From the NCBI GenBank assembly GCA_965198115.1, contig OZ240241.1, forward strand, positions 256,001 to 320,000: a stretch of DNA of 64,000 nucleotides, written 5' to 3'. This document shows, piece by piece, positions 49,271-59,401 of this stretch. Below the pieces are notes generated by a model. It made no database searches. It had not been told where the DNA came from and saw only the letters and a program-made list of their open reading frames with translations. A program made the translations under genes and the position numbers. Each line of letters starts with the position of its first letter. The stretch's first letter is position 1. The stretch comes from Candidatus Latescibacterota bacterium. Lineage in GTDB: Bacteria; Latescibacterota; UBA2968.

Positions 49271-50728
49271 TCACGTTCCGTGTTTGCGGAACGCGGGTTT
49301 CTCTCCTGGCACGGGCGAGTTATCGAAGGCACCCCTTGCCAGTACTGCATCCACTCCACCGAAGGAATCGATTTTGGCTTTCTGATCGGCTTTGGCATTC
49401 GCGTCTTCGGCTTCGGGATCGACGATCGCGCGCAGGTTGACCTCGTAGCGTTCGATCGTGGCGGCGTGGGACGGATCGGGGGCGAGGTCGTTGACTTCGT
49501 CGGGGTCTGCGGTGCAATCGAAGAGCTGGGGATCGTCATTCACGTAGTGAACGTATTTGTAGTCGCGGTCCCGTACCATGTAGAAGGCGTGTTCGGACCC
49601 GACCGCGTGGTACTCGCTGAAGACGGTGCGGTCCCTGTCGGGCCTGTTGGCGATCGTTAACATCGATTCGCCGGGGAGATCGGCGTCGGCGTCCGAATAC
49701 GATGCGCCGACGCATTCAACGGCGGTCTGGAAGGTATCGATCAGAGAAACAGGTGTTTCGCAGACCTTTCCCGCTGGGATATCGGGTCCGGCAGCAATCA
49801 TGGGAACGGCGGCCGCATCGTCATACATCGTAAACTTGCCGTAAATGCCACGAGAGCCGAAATGCTCCCCGTGATCGGACGTGTAGACGACGCGCGTGTT
49901 CTTTGAAAGACCCAGGGCGTCGATATGATCGAGCACACGACCGATTTGGGCGTCGACATACGTGCACGCGCCGAAGTAGGCGGCCATCATCTGCTGGATT
50001 TCGTCTTCGTTGAACTGGGGTGGGCCGAAATCGAAGAAGCGTCGAAAGTAGTCCATCGCTCCGTGTGCTGGCCAATTCTCTTCCTTCCATTGCTTTGGCC
50101 ACGGGAGGTCGCCGCCGTCGTAGAGGTCGAACATTTCCTGCGGGGCGGTGTAGGGTGGGTGTGGGCAAACGAACGAGAGGAAGCAGGCCCAGGGCTTGTC
50201 ATCCTCCTTGTGGGAGTCCAGCCAGGCGATACCGCCGTCGGCATTGCGCTTGTCGTATTGGAGATACGTCGAGTCACCGGGTCCTGCGTTCAGGATGCCG
50301 CCGCGTTTCTTGCGGAAGGGCGCGTCCTTCCGAATGCAACCGAGGAGATCTCCGACTCCCTCGACGACGTGGAGGGGTTCGATCTCTTGCGTGAAGCCGT
50401 GGTCGTCGCCCGGCCCGCTGAAGTGGAGTTTGCCAATCGAGTCCACCGTGTAGCCCTGTTCGCGCAAACGATGATGCCAGCTCTCGGTGCTGCCATCGTA
50501 GGGATGACCATTGTCCCAGGCCCGAATCTGGTGGACGTAGCGCCCGGTCGCGAGTGACGCGCGGACGGGCACGCAGATGGCGCAGTTCGTGTAGGCGTTG
50601 CTGAATCGCGTGCCTCGCTCGGCAAGCCGGTCGAGGTTGGGTGTCTGGACGACGGGATGGCTGTAGCAGCCGAGGGCATCGCGGTTGTGTTGGTCAGAGA
50701 TGATGTAGAGGAAATTGGCGGGATCCAA
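49271..50728 (-). CDS. Sulfatase (choline-sulfatase-like)
   Basis: IISDQH, ICVPVRASLATG (CxPxR), IGKLH, CPHPPY, YTSDHGE, SEYHA. Confidence 0.93.
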   Translation of the reverse strand: MDPANFLYIISDQHNRDALGCYSHPVVQTPNLDRLAERGTRFSNAYTNCAICVPVRASLATGRYVHQIRAWDNGHPYDGSTESWHHRLREQGYTVDSIGKLHFSGPGDDHGFTQEIEPLHVVEGVGDLLGCIRKDAPFRKKRGGILNAGPGDSTYLQYDKRNADGGIAWLDSHKEDDKPWACFLSFVCPHPPYTAPQEMFDLYDGGDLPWPKQWKEENWPAHGAMDYFRRFFDFGPPQFNEDEIQQMMAAYFGACTYVDAQIGRVLDHIDALGLSKNTRVVYTSDHGEHFGSRGIYGKFTMYDDAAAVPMIAAGPDIPAGKVCETPVSLIDTFQTAVECVGASYSDADADLPGESMLTIANRPDRDRTVFSEYHAVGSEHAFYMVRDRDYKYVHYVNDDPQLFDCTADPDEVNDLAPDPSHAATIERYEVNLRAIVDPEAEDANAKADQKAKIDSFGGVDAVLARGAFDNSPVPGEKPAFRKHGT

Positions 50729-50793
50729 GGCAGTATCCAGTTGAGTAGCGTTGTCAGTTGTCGGGGCGCCGGCCAGAGAGCGGCCGTCTAAGG

Positions 50794-52233
50794 CTACGCC
50801 GTCTGTCTAGGTGAATCGGCGATCATTCGGTCGAGGACGTTGCGCGTGATGCGTTGAACTCTTGAATCGACACCGAGAGGGCCGGAGCGGCCGGTTCTGG
50901 CCGGGATGTGCCCCGGCGGCTGTGAGAGGCCTTCAGGCCACCAGATGGTACCGGCGTTGAAGACCCAATTGCCTTTCGAACACGGGTAGACGAGCGCGCC
51001 GTGACGTTGATCGGGGTTCGATCGGTGCGATCGTGGAAAGAGGTCGGTTTCGGCGACGACCTCGAGTCCGTCGATGTCGGCATACGGCGGTCCGTGGTAT
51101 TCCCAGCCGATCAAACCCGGGATCACGTCGCCGTCGTCGAGATCCGTATCGTCGTAGATCCAGTGTTTGCCGTTCGAGACGACCCAATCGCCGGCTGCGC
51201 TTCCGTAAGACTTGGACCCCATCAAGCGCTCCTCGTCGCCCATTAGTTGCTTGCGGGCGAATGCGCGACAGGGTACGCCGGTGACCTCGCTGTCGTAGAA
51301 CTCGATTTCGTGGTAGACGGCGTTGCCCGACAGGAACGCGATGCTGAGTCCGTCGTCGCGGGCGGCGAGCGCGTTGTCGAACATGTCGCGTGACCAGTAT
51401 TCGTCGTGGGCGACGGAAATCAACGCCTTGCTTCTCGAGAGCACGCTGGGGTCGCGTTGTAGATCCAGGTTAGAGCAGTAGCCGACGTCATAGCCCTGCG
51501 ATTCGAGCCAGAATACGAGCGGGTGCTCCCAGAGGAGGAATTCGCCGGAGCCGATCGACAGGGGCGCGTCGAGGATCTGGCAGTATTTCGAAAAGGGTCG
51601 ATCGAGACTGACGCGCACATTCGGTCCGGAGTACCAGAGTGGCCCACTGCCGTCGTCATAAATCGAATCGTTTGCCGGCCACTTGTTGTACGCTTGCCAC
51701 GTCAGGTCGCTGACCTGGACGAGCAGGTCGGTTCGGGAACGGGTCTTGACGATGAAGATGACGTAGCTTTGCCAGCCCGGTTCGTCGCATCGGCAGAGCT
51801 TGGCAAGGTAGACTCCGCTGCACCAGTCATCTGGAATCGTGAATTCGGCCGTGACATCCCACCGGCACGTGCGGAGCCGCTCGATCGTCATCATCGGTAC
51901 GGCTTGTGGCTCGGCCGGAAACGGCCCTCCCGATCCTGCAAAACGTCCCCCTGCTCCCTCGTAACATCCCAGCCGATAGAAGTCCATCTGGACATTGCCT
52001 GCCGGGTCGAGGCTGACGTGGAAACTCATCGTCTCACCGGGATAGACGCTCGAAGCCGACGCGTAGCCCTCGATGGAGGATGACCTGAGACGACGCACCA
52101 TCGGGTAGCCAGCGAGCGCGGTGACGTCATCGAATTTCGTCCACTGTAGCTGCCACTCGAGCGTGCCCGCTCGCCGATTCTCTGCCGTCACGATGCTGTC
52201 AGTAACGGCACTGGATGCGCTGTAAGTACTCAA
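50794..52233 (-). CDS. N,N-dimethylformamidase large-subunit family domain protein
   Basis: IEGYAS..SV.PGE, SGVYLAKL, TWQAYNKW, VSLDRP, FWLESQGYDV, HDEYWS, FLSGNA, VFNAGT..W. Confidence 0.8.
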   Translation of the reverse strand: MSTYSASSAVTDSIVTAENRRAGTLEWQLQWTKFDDVTALAGYPMVRRLRSSSIEGYASASSVYPGETMSFHVSLDPAGNVQMDFYRLGCYEGAGGRFAGSGGPFPAEPQAVPMMTIERLRTCRWDVTAEFTIPDDWCSGVYLAKLCRCDEPGWQSYVIFIVKTRSRTDLLVQVSDLTWQAYNKWPANDSIYDDGSGPLWYSGPNVRVSLDRPFSKYCQILDAPLSIGSGEFLLWEHPLVFWLESQGYDVGYCSNLDLQRDPSVLSRSKALISVAHDEYWSRDMFDNALAARDDGLSIAFLSGNAVYHEIEFYDSEVTGVPCRAFARKQLMGDEERLMGSKSYGSAAGDWVVSNGKHWIYDDTDLDDGDVIPGLIGWEYHGPPYADIDGLEVVAETDLFPRSHRSNPDQRHGALVYPCSKGNWVFNAGTIWWPEGLSQPPGHIPARTGRSGPLGVDSRVQRITRNVLDRMIADSPRQTA

Positions 52234-52293
52234 GGACGTGTAACTTATCTTTGCCCGAGCAGCCGATCAAGGGTTTATTCGCGAGGGAACTGC

Positions 52294-52358
52294 GCCACTG
52301 AGCACACAGAGGACACTGAGAAACCCAGACTACCACGGAGAACACGGAGGACGCGGAG
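52294..52358. repeat. Two blocks of 9-bp periodic repeat
   Basis: GCCACTGAG-CACACAGAG-GACACTGAG and ACCACGGAG-AACACGGAG-GACGCGGAG. Confidence 0.7.
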
Positions 52359-52504
52359 AAAAGGCGAGGAAGTACTGGTGTCCGGTTGCACGCATTGAGG
52401 ATCGAGGCTCAGCCTTGCGGTGCGATGCCGAGAAGGCATTGGTCTGAACCCTTGCCTTGCCGCCCGCTTCCCCCGTCTCCCGCTCGAAAACACGAAGGTA
52501 AAAA

Positions 52505-53899
52505 ATGCCATCTGATAACAGACTCTTCGGCGTCACCGTTATGGCTGACTTTGTCCTGAACGAAGGCGTCGAGCCGATTCTCGATGGGTTGGCGAAGCAG
52601 GGTGTGAATGCGGTTGCGGTGAATCCGATCGTGACGGCGGAGGCGTCGGAGGGCGAGGGGAGCTGGCAGCCGCCGTCGGATGCAGGGAGCAGCCCGCGGT
52701 TGTTTGATCGGCCCTTATGGGGGAAGCGGGAGCTGTGGGTGAGGAGCGGGCCCAGCTATCGGCCGGAGGTGTCGCTGTATTCGGATACGTCATACAAACC
52801 GAAGCAGCCGAACGAACTGACAGAGGCACACGGTCATCTGGTGGGCGACTTCATCGATGAAGCACTGGAGCGAGGGTTCGAGGTCTATTTCCAGATTCCG
52901 GGGGCGACGCCGTCGGGGTTGCAGGACAAGGATCGGCGGCGGATGCCGGACGGTTCGATTCCGGATGCGATGGTCGATGTGGGAAGTCTGGCAAGCGAGG
53001 ACAGTCGGGCGTATCTGCGAGCGTTCGTGCGCGATCTGTGCCGGGCTTATCCCAACATCACGGGGTTTCGTCCCGACTGGCCGGAGTATCCGTGCTACAA
53101 ACTACCAGAGACGTTCGTCGATTTCGGGGAGCCCGTGAAGCAGTGGGCGGAGGCGCGGGGGGTCGCCTTCGAAGGCATTCGGTTGGAAGTCGGCGAGTTC
53201 TACGACTATCTGACGAATGACCTGAAGAACGATGACATCGCGGAGTTCGCGGAGGTCGAGCGAGGGCGATGGGCTCAGTTGCGGTTGCTGCGCCGGTTCC
53301 CGGCGATTGGTGCCTGGCTGCGCGTCAAGACGGCGCTGTCGCTCGATCTTCTGAGATTCTGGCGAGAGATGATCACCGAAGCTGGTGGCGAAGAGAAGGT
53401 GCTATCGGCCAACGCATTCATGCCGCCACTGACCTTGTTCACCGGGTTGGACATTGCCGGAACCCTGGAGATTGCCCAGGCGGTGTCTCCGAAGCTCTAC
53501 ACGATGCACTGGTCGGCGATGGTCGAGTTCTGGGGTCGGGAACTGATGGCAAACAACGATCTGGACGAGTCGCTGGTCGTTAAGGCGTTGGTCAACCTAT
53601 TCGATCTCGATGACGAGGCAACGGCGACCCGCATCAGTAACTACGGATATCCGGAGAATGATGAGCCGCATCCGATTCCAGACGAGCCGCAGGCTAGACG
53701 GATTCGCCAGGTGCTGGCGGATGCGAATGGGCGCGGGAAAGTGACGCCGCTGATGCACGGGTATGGGCCGATCGATGATTTCGTCAGGCGGTTCAGGATC
53801 GTGGCGGAGAGTGAGGCAGGTGGAGTGTGGATCAATCGGTATGGCTATTTGAGTGATGCGAAGCTGGAGGCGGTGGGGGAGGTTTGGCGGAACACTTGA
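52505..53899 (+). CDS. Hypothetical protein (possible TIM-barrel glycosidase-like fold)
   Basis: 464-aa ORF with genome-typical codon use; LFDRPLWG, GFRPDWPEYPCY, WINRYGYLSD. Confidence 0.75.
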   Translation: MPSDNRLFGVTVMADFVLNEGVEPILDGLAKQGVNAVAVNPIVTAEASEGEGSWQPPSDAGSSPRLFDRPLWGKRELWVRSGPSYRPEVSLYSDTSYKPKQPNELTEAHGHLVGDFIDEALERGFEVYFQIPGATPSGLQDKDRRRMPDGSIPDAMVDVGSLASEDSRAYLRAFVRDLCRAYPNITGFRPDWPEYPCYKLPETFVDFGEPVKQWAEARGVAFEGIRLEVGEFYDYLTNDLKNDDIAEFAEVERGRWAQLRLLRRFPAIGAWLRVKTALSLDLLRFWREMITEAGGEEKVLSANAFMPPLTLFTGLDIAGTLEIAQAVSPKLYTMHWSAMVEFWGRELMANNDLDESLVVKALVNLFDLDDEATATRISNYGYPENDEPHPIPDEPQARRIRQVLADANGRGKVTPLMHGYGPIDDFVRRFRIVAESEAGGVWINRYGYLSDAKLEAVGEVWRNT

Positions 53900-53937
53900 A
53901 CATTGGGAAATCGAGGATCGAACATCGAGAATTGAAG
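53896..53937. repeat. 7-bp periodic repeat (ATCGAGG/ATCGAAC/ATCGAGA/ATTGAAG)
   Basis: Shares TCGAGGATCGAACAT with 63481-63495. Confidence 0.6.
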
Positions 53938-54028
53938 AACCCACTTTTTCTGCCGAGGATGGCGAGCGTTTCCGGCATGATGTCTGTTCGATTCCGTGAG
54001 TGAGGGGTGTGAAACTCGACGGAAGGTT

Positions 54029-55951
54029 CTAGGCAAGCACTTTCTCGTATTCGATTCGATAAGGTCTGAATCCCAACCTTGCGTGAAGCTTCTGCGAGGC
54101 GATGTTCTCGATTCCGGTTTCCGACCGCAGCAGATGTGCGCCTCGTTCCCTGACGAGAGCTTCGACGTGCTCTAAAATTGCTGTGCCAACCCCTCTCTGG
54201 CGATGTGGCGTATCCACCGCGATATCGTTCACCCCGGCGATCGTCACGTCGTAGTCCTCGACATCTATAAACGGCTATATCCGGATCTCTCAACGAGATG
54301 AAGTGGGTGAAGGTGCCGTGGTTCCTGGCATGGGGGCGCGGTTAGAGTGTGCGGAACCTCTTCGGAATCTGCTCAGGGATGTTTATGTCTCCGACGGTAA
54401 GGAAGATCATATCGTTGAATGCGTCGAGTGTGCGGAATCCGCTGGCTCGGTTCTTGACGATTTGGACGATTCGGTTGAGGCCTTCGGCGATGGCGTTGGT
54501 AAGACGCGTGTTCACGAATGCGAGGACGCCGAAGAAGTGCTGTCGCAGGGTCCTGACGAACTTTCGCAGGGGTTCAAGTCGACTTCTGAGTGCGGACGTC
54601 GTCCAGCATTTCAGGAAGCGTTCGGCAGCCCAGGGCGCTTTGTATTCCCAGAACTGCTCGAACTCGTCCTTGAGTCTCCAGGCTCTATAGATTCGGTAGT
54701 TCGCCTTCTCCAGTGCTTTGAGTGTCCGAGTATCCCCTCTGGAGCGTGTCGCTGAGTGCCGGTAGAGGAGCCATCGGAGGCCCTTCATGGCTTTGCGCTC
54801 ATCCGGGGCAGCTTTACGCCACTGGTCCTTACGGACCTCGTCAACGGCGGCATTGAGAGCCTTGACGATGTGAAAGCGATCGAGGACCAGCTTGGCATTC
54901 GGACAGTGTTCCTGGATGGCTCCGATGTAAGCTTCGCTCATGTCGCAGCAGGCCCCACTCGATCTTGGATCTCTGGTAGGGACTGAGAGCCTCTGTGAAG
55001 AACCGATCGATCGTTTTACGCGCCCTGCCGCGGCCAACCCACACCACGCAGGAGCGGTCCAGATCGTAAACGAGCGTGGCGTACCTGTGACGCTTGGCGT
55101 AGGAGATCTCGTCGATCCCGATGGTTTTGAGCCCTCGGATACGATGACCTTCACGAAGCCGCGTGATGGATCGGTGAAGGAGATCCGACAGCGTCGAGGC
55201 AGAGATGCGCAGTAACTCGGACGCCGCCTTCTGCGTCATGGTCTGGCAGTAGCGCAGCATGGCATACTCGAAGCGATACGTCACCCGAGAGAACCGCTCC
55301 GCCCACGGAATCTCCTCGACCACACGACCGTGGGTAGGACACCGAATCTCCCGAGGATGGTAGAGAAGCCAGACCCTCCACCCGCACACCGGAATGTCAC
55401 GCCACCGACGCGGATGGGGCATTGTGCGGACGATTTTACCTCGACGGCCGCACTCCGGACAACAACAACCATTCTTATGTGGCTTTACGGCGATGACGAA
55501 ACAGCTTCTCCCCTCAAACCACCAGCTGACAACACGGAACCCCTTGAATCTCAGCAGTTTCGATAGTAATCTGCTCCCGGTCATAGGTCGCACCCCCTTC
55601 GCTTTGATTGTCCTACACACACAACCAAGCGTAGGGAACGATCTATGACCTTGTCATTCTATAGTTTCACCGTTGAGAAACCCGGATAGAGCCTATAAAC
55701 ACGACCCAGACGAATCCAAGGGCGATTCCATCCTCCTCAGCTATTTCGGCGATCGTTCGATCATCATCCGCGGAGGCATCCAGATGTGACAGGAACGAGT
55801 CCGGCTGCTCCGTGCTCAGCCATTTCTCTCGGTAGGCCTCGTATGAGGTCGTCCTCGCCCACGGGGTCTCGCTTTCATAATTCCCACAGCAATGCAACTC
55901 GAGAAGAAGATCTCGATCCGCCTTCACATCGATTGGTCGAAATGTCAGCAC
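54029..55951 (-). pseudogene. GNAT acetyltransferase split by ISL3 copy 2
   Basis: IAEEDGIALGFVWVVFI|DVED..IAVDTPHRQRGVGTAIL..ENIASQKLHARLGF; frame is restored when the IS is removed. Confidence 0.85.
54273..55693 (-). mobile_element. ISL3-family element, copy 2 (transposase frameshifted near 54955)
   Basis: Near-identical to 17178-18597; flanking repeat TATAAAC at 54266-54272 and 55694-55700; GGCCCCAC versus GGCCCAC in copy 1. Confidence 0.95.
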
Positions 55952-56021
55952 GGCTCTCGGTTGGAGTGATGAACCTGTCGTGTAGGGCAGCGCATGGTGG
56001 CACACGTCGAAGACGGTGCGA

Positions 56022-56759
56022 TTACGCTTCCACGGTGTCGGGTCGCCTGCCGATCGACGGAGGTGCAAGCATCCGCTTCTGCTGTTCGGTCAGCCCGCTG
56101 TAGTTGCTCAGGTCGTAGTAGTTGCTGGACCAGGCGGAGTGGCCGGGGCTATATTTGTAGAGAAAAGTCCGACGTTGATGGCTGGCTGTCCAGGGTGCCG
56201 TTCCGTGAACGAGGGCCTCGGTGAAGATCATAGCATCGCCGGGTTCGACGACAGGTTGAACGACATAGTGCGCATCGCGATCGAATTGACGGACGTCGTC
56301 CGGAATGCTATTCAGGAAGTTCGTTTTGTGCGTGCCGGGGATGCAGGCGAAGCCGCCATCGCCGGGTCCGGCCGGTGAGGAGAAATACGTCACGACCGTC
56401 AGGCCGGTCCGGATGATTCCGTCCCGATACTTGTACCAATGGTCGCCCCCGCGCCCGTGATCCCCGCCGTGCAGCCTGCCTCGCTTCTCGCCCTGTGACA
56501 TGAAGATCGCGTAGTCGTGGTCCAGACGGACCTTCGGTCCGAGCCACTCTGTGAGGTAAGGGACGATCGCGGTGTGGTCGATCAGGTCCTGGAAGATCCC
56601 GCCCCACGCCGATGGTCCCCAGACCTCCTCGTCCGCCTTCTCCGTCTCTAGCTTTTCATCCGTGATCGCGTTCATTTCTTCGACTTCGCCATCGGTGAGC
56701 ACGTCTTTGATGACGATGTAGCCGTCGAGATCGAATACGAAACGTTCTTCGTTGGTCAT
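56022..56759 (-). CDS. PhyH-family oxygenase (HGG motif), tandem copy 1
   Basis: FVFDLDGYIVIKDVL, RLHGGDHG, CIPGTHK, FTEALVHG, QRR. Confidence 0.92.
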   Translation of the reverse strand: MTNEERFVFDLDGYIVIKDVLTDGEVEEMNAITDEKLETEKADEEVWGPSAWGGIFQDLIDHTAIVPYLTEWLGPKVRLDHDYAIFMSQGEKRGRLHGGDHGRGGDHWYKYRDGIIRTGLTVVTYFSSPAGPGDGGFACIPGTHKTNFLNSIPDDVRQFDRDAHYVVQPVVEPGDAMIFTEALVHGTAPWTASHQRRTFLYKYSPGHSAWSSNYYDLSNYSGLTEQQKRMLAPPSIGRRPDTVEA

Positions 56760-57062
56760 GGCGAAATCCTTCCGTTGGAACCACCGATCACACAGAACAC
56801 ATCGAGGGGTGTGACGCCAAGCCTAGGTCGGGATTGCAGTATGTGGAAAGTTGAGTGTATGGAGTATGACTGCGAACCCTGCGCTCTGTTCTTCGCGTAT
56901 TCGCGACTTCGTGTTGCATTTCACCGCCAGCCGACCTCCTGGCGGGCTTGCATCATCATCAGACACGTCCGGGGCGTCGGGATACGACAGTCACCGTCGC
57001 GTTCAGGACGAGGGGCACTTCGGGTCCGATGTCGACTCGCGCGGCTCCCTATACCCTCTCGC

Positions 57063-57800
57063 TCAGGCGTCGACGGTATCGGGTCGTCCTCCAATGGACG
57101 GCGGGGCGAGCATTCGGAGCTGCTGCTCGGTCAGGTCGCTGTATTGGCTGAGGTCGTAATAGTCACCTGCCCAGGCGGAATGGCCGGGGGCGTATTTGTA
57201 GAGGAAAGCACGCCGCTGATGGTTGGCAGTCCAGGGTGACGTTCCGTGGACGAGGGCTTCGGTGAAGATCAAGGCATCTCCGGGTTCGACGACGGGCTGA
57301 ACGACATAGTGTACGTCGCGTTCGAACTGACGGACATCGTCAGGGATGCTGGTCAGGAAGTTCGTCTTGTGGGTTCCGGGGATGCAGGCAAAGCCGCCGT
57401 CGCCGGGTCCGGCGGGCGCCGCGAAGTATGTCACGACCGTCAGTCCTGTTCGAATGACGCCGTCCTGATACTTGTACCAATGATCGCCTTCGTGCCCGTT
57501 ATCCCCGCCGTGCAGCCTGCCGCGCTTCTCGCCCTGTGACATGAAGATCGCGTAGTCGTGGTCCAGACGAACCTTCGGTCCCAGCCATTCGGTCAGGTAC
57601 GGGACGATCGTGGGATGGTCGATCAGGTCCTGGAAGATGCTGTCCCACGCGGACGGTCGGCCGACCTCCTTAGCCGCTTCCTTCGGTTTTTGTTTCTCGT
57701 CGGTGATCGCGTTCATCTCTGTGACTTCGTCATCCGTGAGTACGTTCTTGATGACGATGTAGCCGTCGAGATCGAATATGAAGCGTTCTTCGTTAGTCAT
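57063..57800 (-). CDS. PhyH-family oxygenase (HGG motif), tandem copy 2
   Basis: Same length and closely similar to 56022-56759; RLHGGDNG; ATG 57800 with AAGGA. Confidence 0.92.
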   Translation of the reverse strand: MTNEERFIFDLDGYIVIKNVLTDDEVTEMNAITDEKQKPKEAAKEVGRPSAWDSIFQDLIDHPTIVPYLTEWLGPKVRLDHDYAIFMSQGEKRGRLHGGDNGHEGDHWYKYQDGVIRTGLTVVTYFAAPAGPGDGGFACIPGTHKTNFLTSIPDDVRQFERDVHYVVQPVVEPGDALIFTEALVHGTSPWTANHQRRAFLYKYAPGHSAWAGDYYDLSQYSDLTEQQLRMLAPPSIGGRPDTVDA

Positions 57801-57820
57801 GGCGAAATCCTTCAGTTGGA

Positions 57821-57884
57821 ACCACCGACTACACAGAACACACAGAGGAGTTGGCACCACAAATACACACAAATGAACACGAAT
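57821..57884. repeat. 9-bp periodic repeat blocks
   Basis: ACCACCGAC-TACACAGAA-CACACAGAG and ACCACAAAT-ACACACAAAT-GAACACGAAT. Confidence 0.6.
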
Positions 57885-58099
57885 GGGTGGAAAACCCAAA
57901 AAACCAAGGCCCGATCAAGGAGTGGATTGACGGTAGGGCCCGGAAGGATTCGCAACGTCAATGTGGTTCCCGTTGTCGCGGTCGTTGGCCGCAGTTCACC
58001 GCATTTCTAAACGCCTGGAAGTCCCTCGATTCTCTATGCGCCTCCCCGTTCTCTGCGCTGAATGAGATCCGTCTTTCTTCGCGTCTTCGTGTTTGCATT

Positions 58100-58672
58100 T
58101 CACCGCCAGCCGATTTCCTGGCGAGCTTGCATAATCAACAGTCGGGTCGGGGGTGTTCGCGACACGACGGTGACGGTCGCGTTCAGTACGAGTGGAACCT
58201 CCGGGCCGATGTCCTGACGAGCGCGGAGCTCTATCACGGCGATGAGGCCTGTGTCGGACACGCGCCAGGGCTTCATGAAAAGGACGGCGCGTAGCGGCCC
58301 TTCGGATCCTTCGGGCGAGATCATCGACAGTGCTTGGGGTTCGGGTCTTTGCGAAATGTCTTCGAGGATTTCTCGGACTTCAGAACGGATCTCGACGATT
58401 TCGAAGAACGATGCGAAGCTGCTGTCCTGATCCTCGAAGTAGATCGTGAGACCATAGGCCTCCAGCGCAGCTGCGTCCGGCATAAAAACCTGGAAGCGGA
58501 CGGAATCATCCGCCGCAGGACGAGGAACGGGCGCGATTCCGCTGTAAACGGGCGGTTCCTCGACCCTGGAATCGATGAAGACGGGAAACACGCGTGTGGT
58601 CGGCGTGGCACCCGAGAGGTCCTGACCGAAGCCAGGCGGTGTCCCGGCCAACATCAGGACCAGCAGGATCAC
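58100..58672 (-). CDS. Hypothetical exported protein
   Basis: Hydrophobic signal-like N-terminus; start overlaps the upstream stop (GTGA). Confidence 0.6.
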   Translation of the reverse strand: MILLVLMLAGTPPGFGQDLSGATPTTRVFPVFIDSRVEEPPVYSGIAPVPRPAADDSVRFQVFMPDAAALEAYGLTIYFEDQDSSFASFFEIVEIRSEVREILEDISQRPEPQALSMISPEGSEGPLRAVLFMKPWRVSDTGLIAVIELRARQDIGPEVPLVLNATVTVVSRTPPTRLLIMQARQEIGWR

Positions 58673-59388
58673 GCCGGGTTACCGTGCTTGTTGATGACGG
58701 TGATTTCCGACGAACCGTCCGCGCGGATGGACTTGACCAGGAGCGAGACGCGGTTGTTTTCGTTCAATGCGTTCCAGAATGTCTGAGCCGTTTCCGCGGG
58801 ATCGTTCGCCAGGTCGACGAGATAGGGCTCGCCTGAAAAGGAAAGTACCGGGTCGCCATCATCGTCGTAGGTGGTGATGCAATGACCGTAGCCGGGCAGG
58901 AAACGATCATAGGCAAAGTAGTGTCGGGCGGGGTGGTCTGCACTCTTGCCAACGGTTTTGAGGACGGCCAATCGGTAGGCGACGTCGTCATCGTCGAGGT
59001 CCACGATACCTGAAATGCGCGGCGTCAGAATGGGTGGGTCCGGTTCGAACGACCTCGTGTCCAGCGCGGACTCGAACGTGTCGCCCCGCGCGAGGTGTTC
59101 GACGATGGTATCCGTCTGGTCGCCGTTGGTGACGATGTGACACGATCCGTGGATTCGAATCGGATGGTATACGACGAGAGAGAGGTCGGTCACCTTGGAT
59201 TCGTCGAACGCCCAGGTTCTGACGGTGTCGCCTTCGTGGATGAAGATGCGATTTCGACTTCCCTCGCTCCGTCCCATGATCCAGTAGACCTGAAGGACTC
59301 GACTCTCGTCGGGTGTCTGGCCAATGACGATGCCGCGACCCGGGTAGGTGGCGTTTCGGATTCTGGTCATTTCGGAGGTGTGGATCAC
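58669..59388 (-). CDS. IMP cyclohydrolase (PurO-like)
   Basis: YPGRGIVIG, YWIMGRSEGSRNRIF, IVTNGDQTDTI, FEPDPP..TPRISG, GHCITTY, LNENNRVSL. Confidence 0.85.
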   Translation of the reverse strand: MIHTSEMTRIRNATYPGRGIVIGQTPDESRVLQVYWIMGRSEGSRNRIFIHEGDTVRTWAFDESKVTDLSLVVYHPIRIHGSCHIVTNGDQTDTIVEHLARGDTFESALDTRSFEPDPPILTPRISGIVDLDDDDVAYRLAVLKTVGKSADHPARHYFAYDRFLPGYGHCITTYDDDGDPVLSFSGEPYLVDLANDPAETAQTFWNALNENNRVSLLVKSIRADGSSEITVINKHGNPA

Positions 59389-59401
59389 GTTGCGTGTTCC
59401 C

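Noticed and set aside
52294-52358. CRISPR array in the periodic repeats or around the 39-bp IS snippet
   Set aside because: No 23-47-bp repeat recurs with regular unique spacers, and there are no cas genes in the window.
17178-55693. 38-kb composite transposon between the two ISL3 copies
   Set aside because: Each copy has a separate, different target duplication, and each interrupts a locally continuous sequence.
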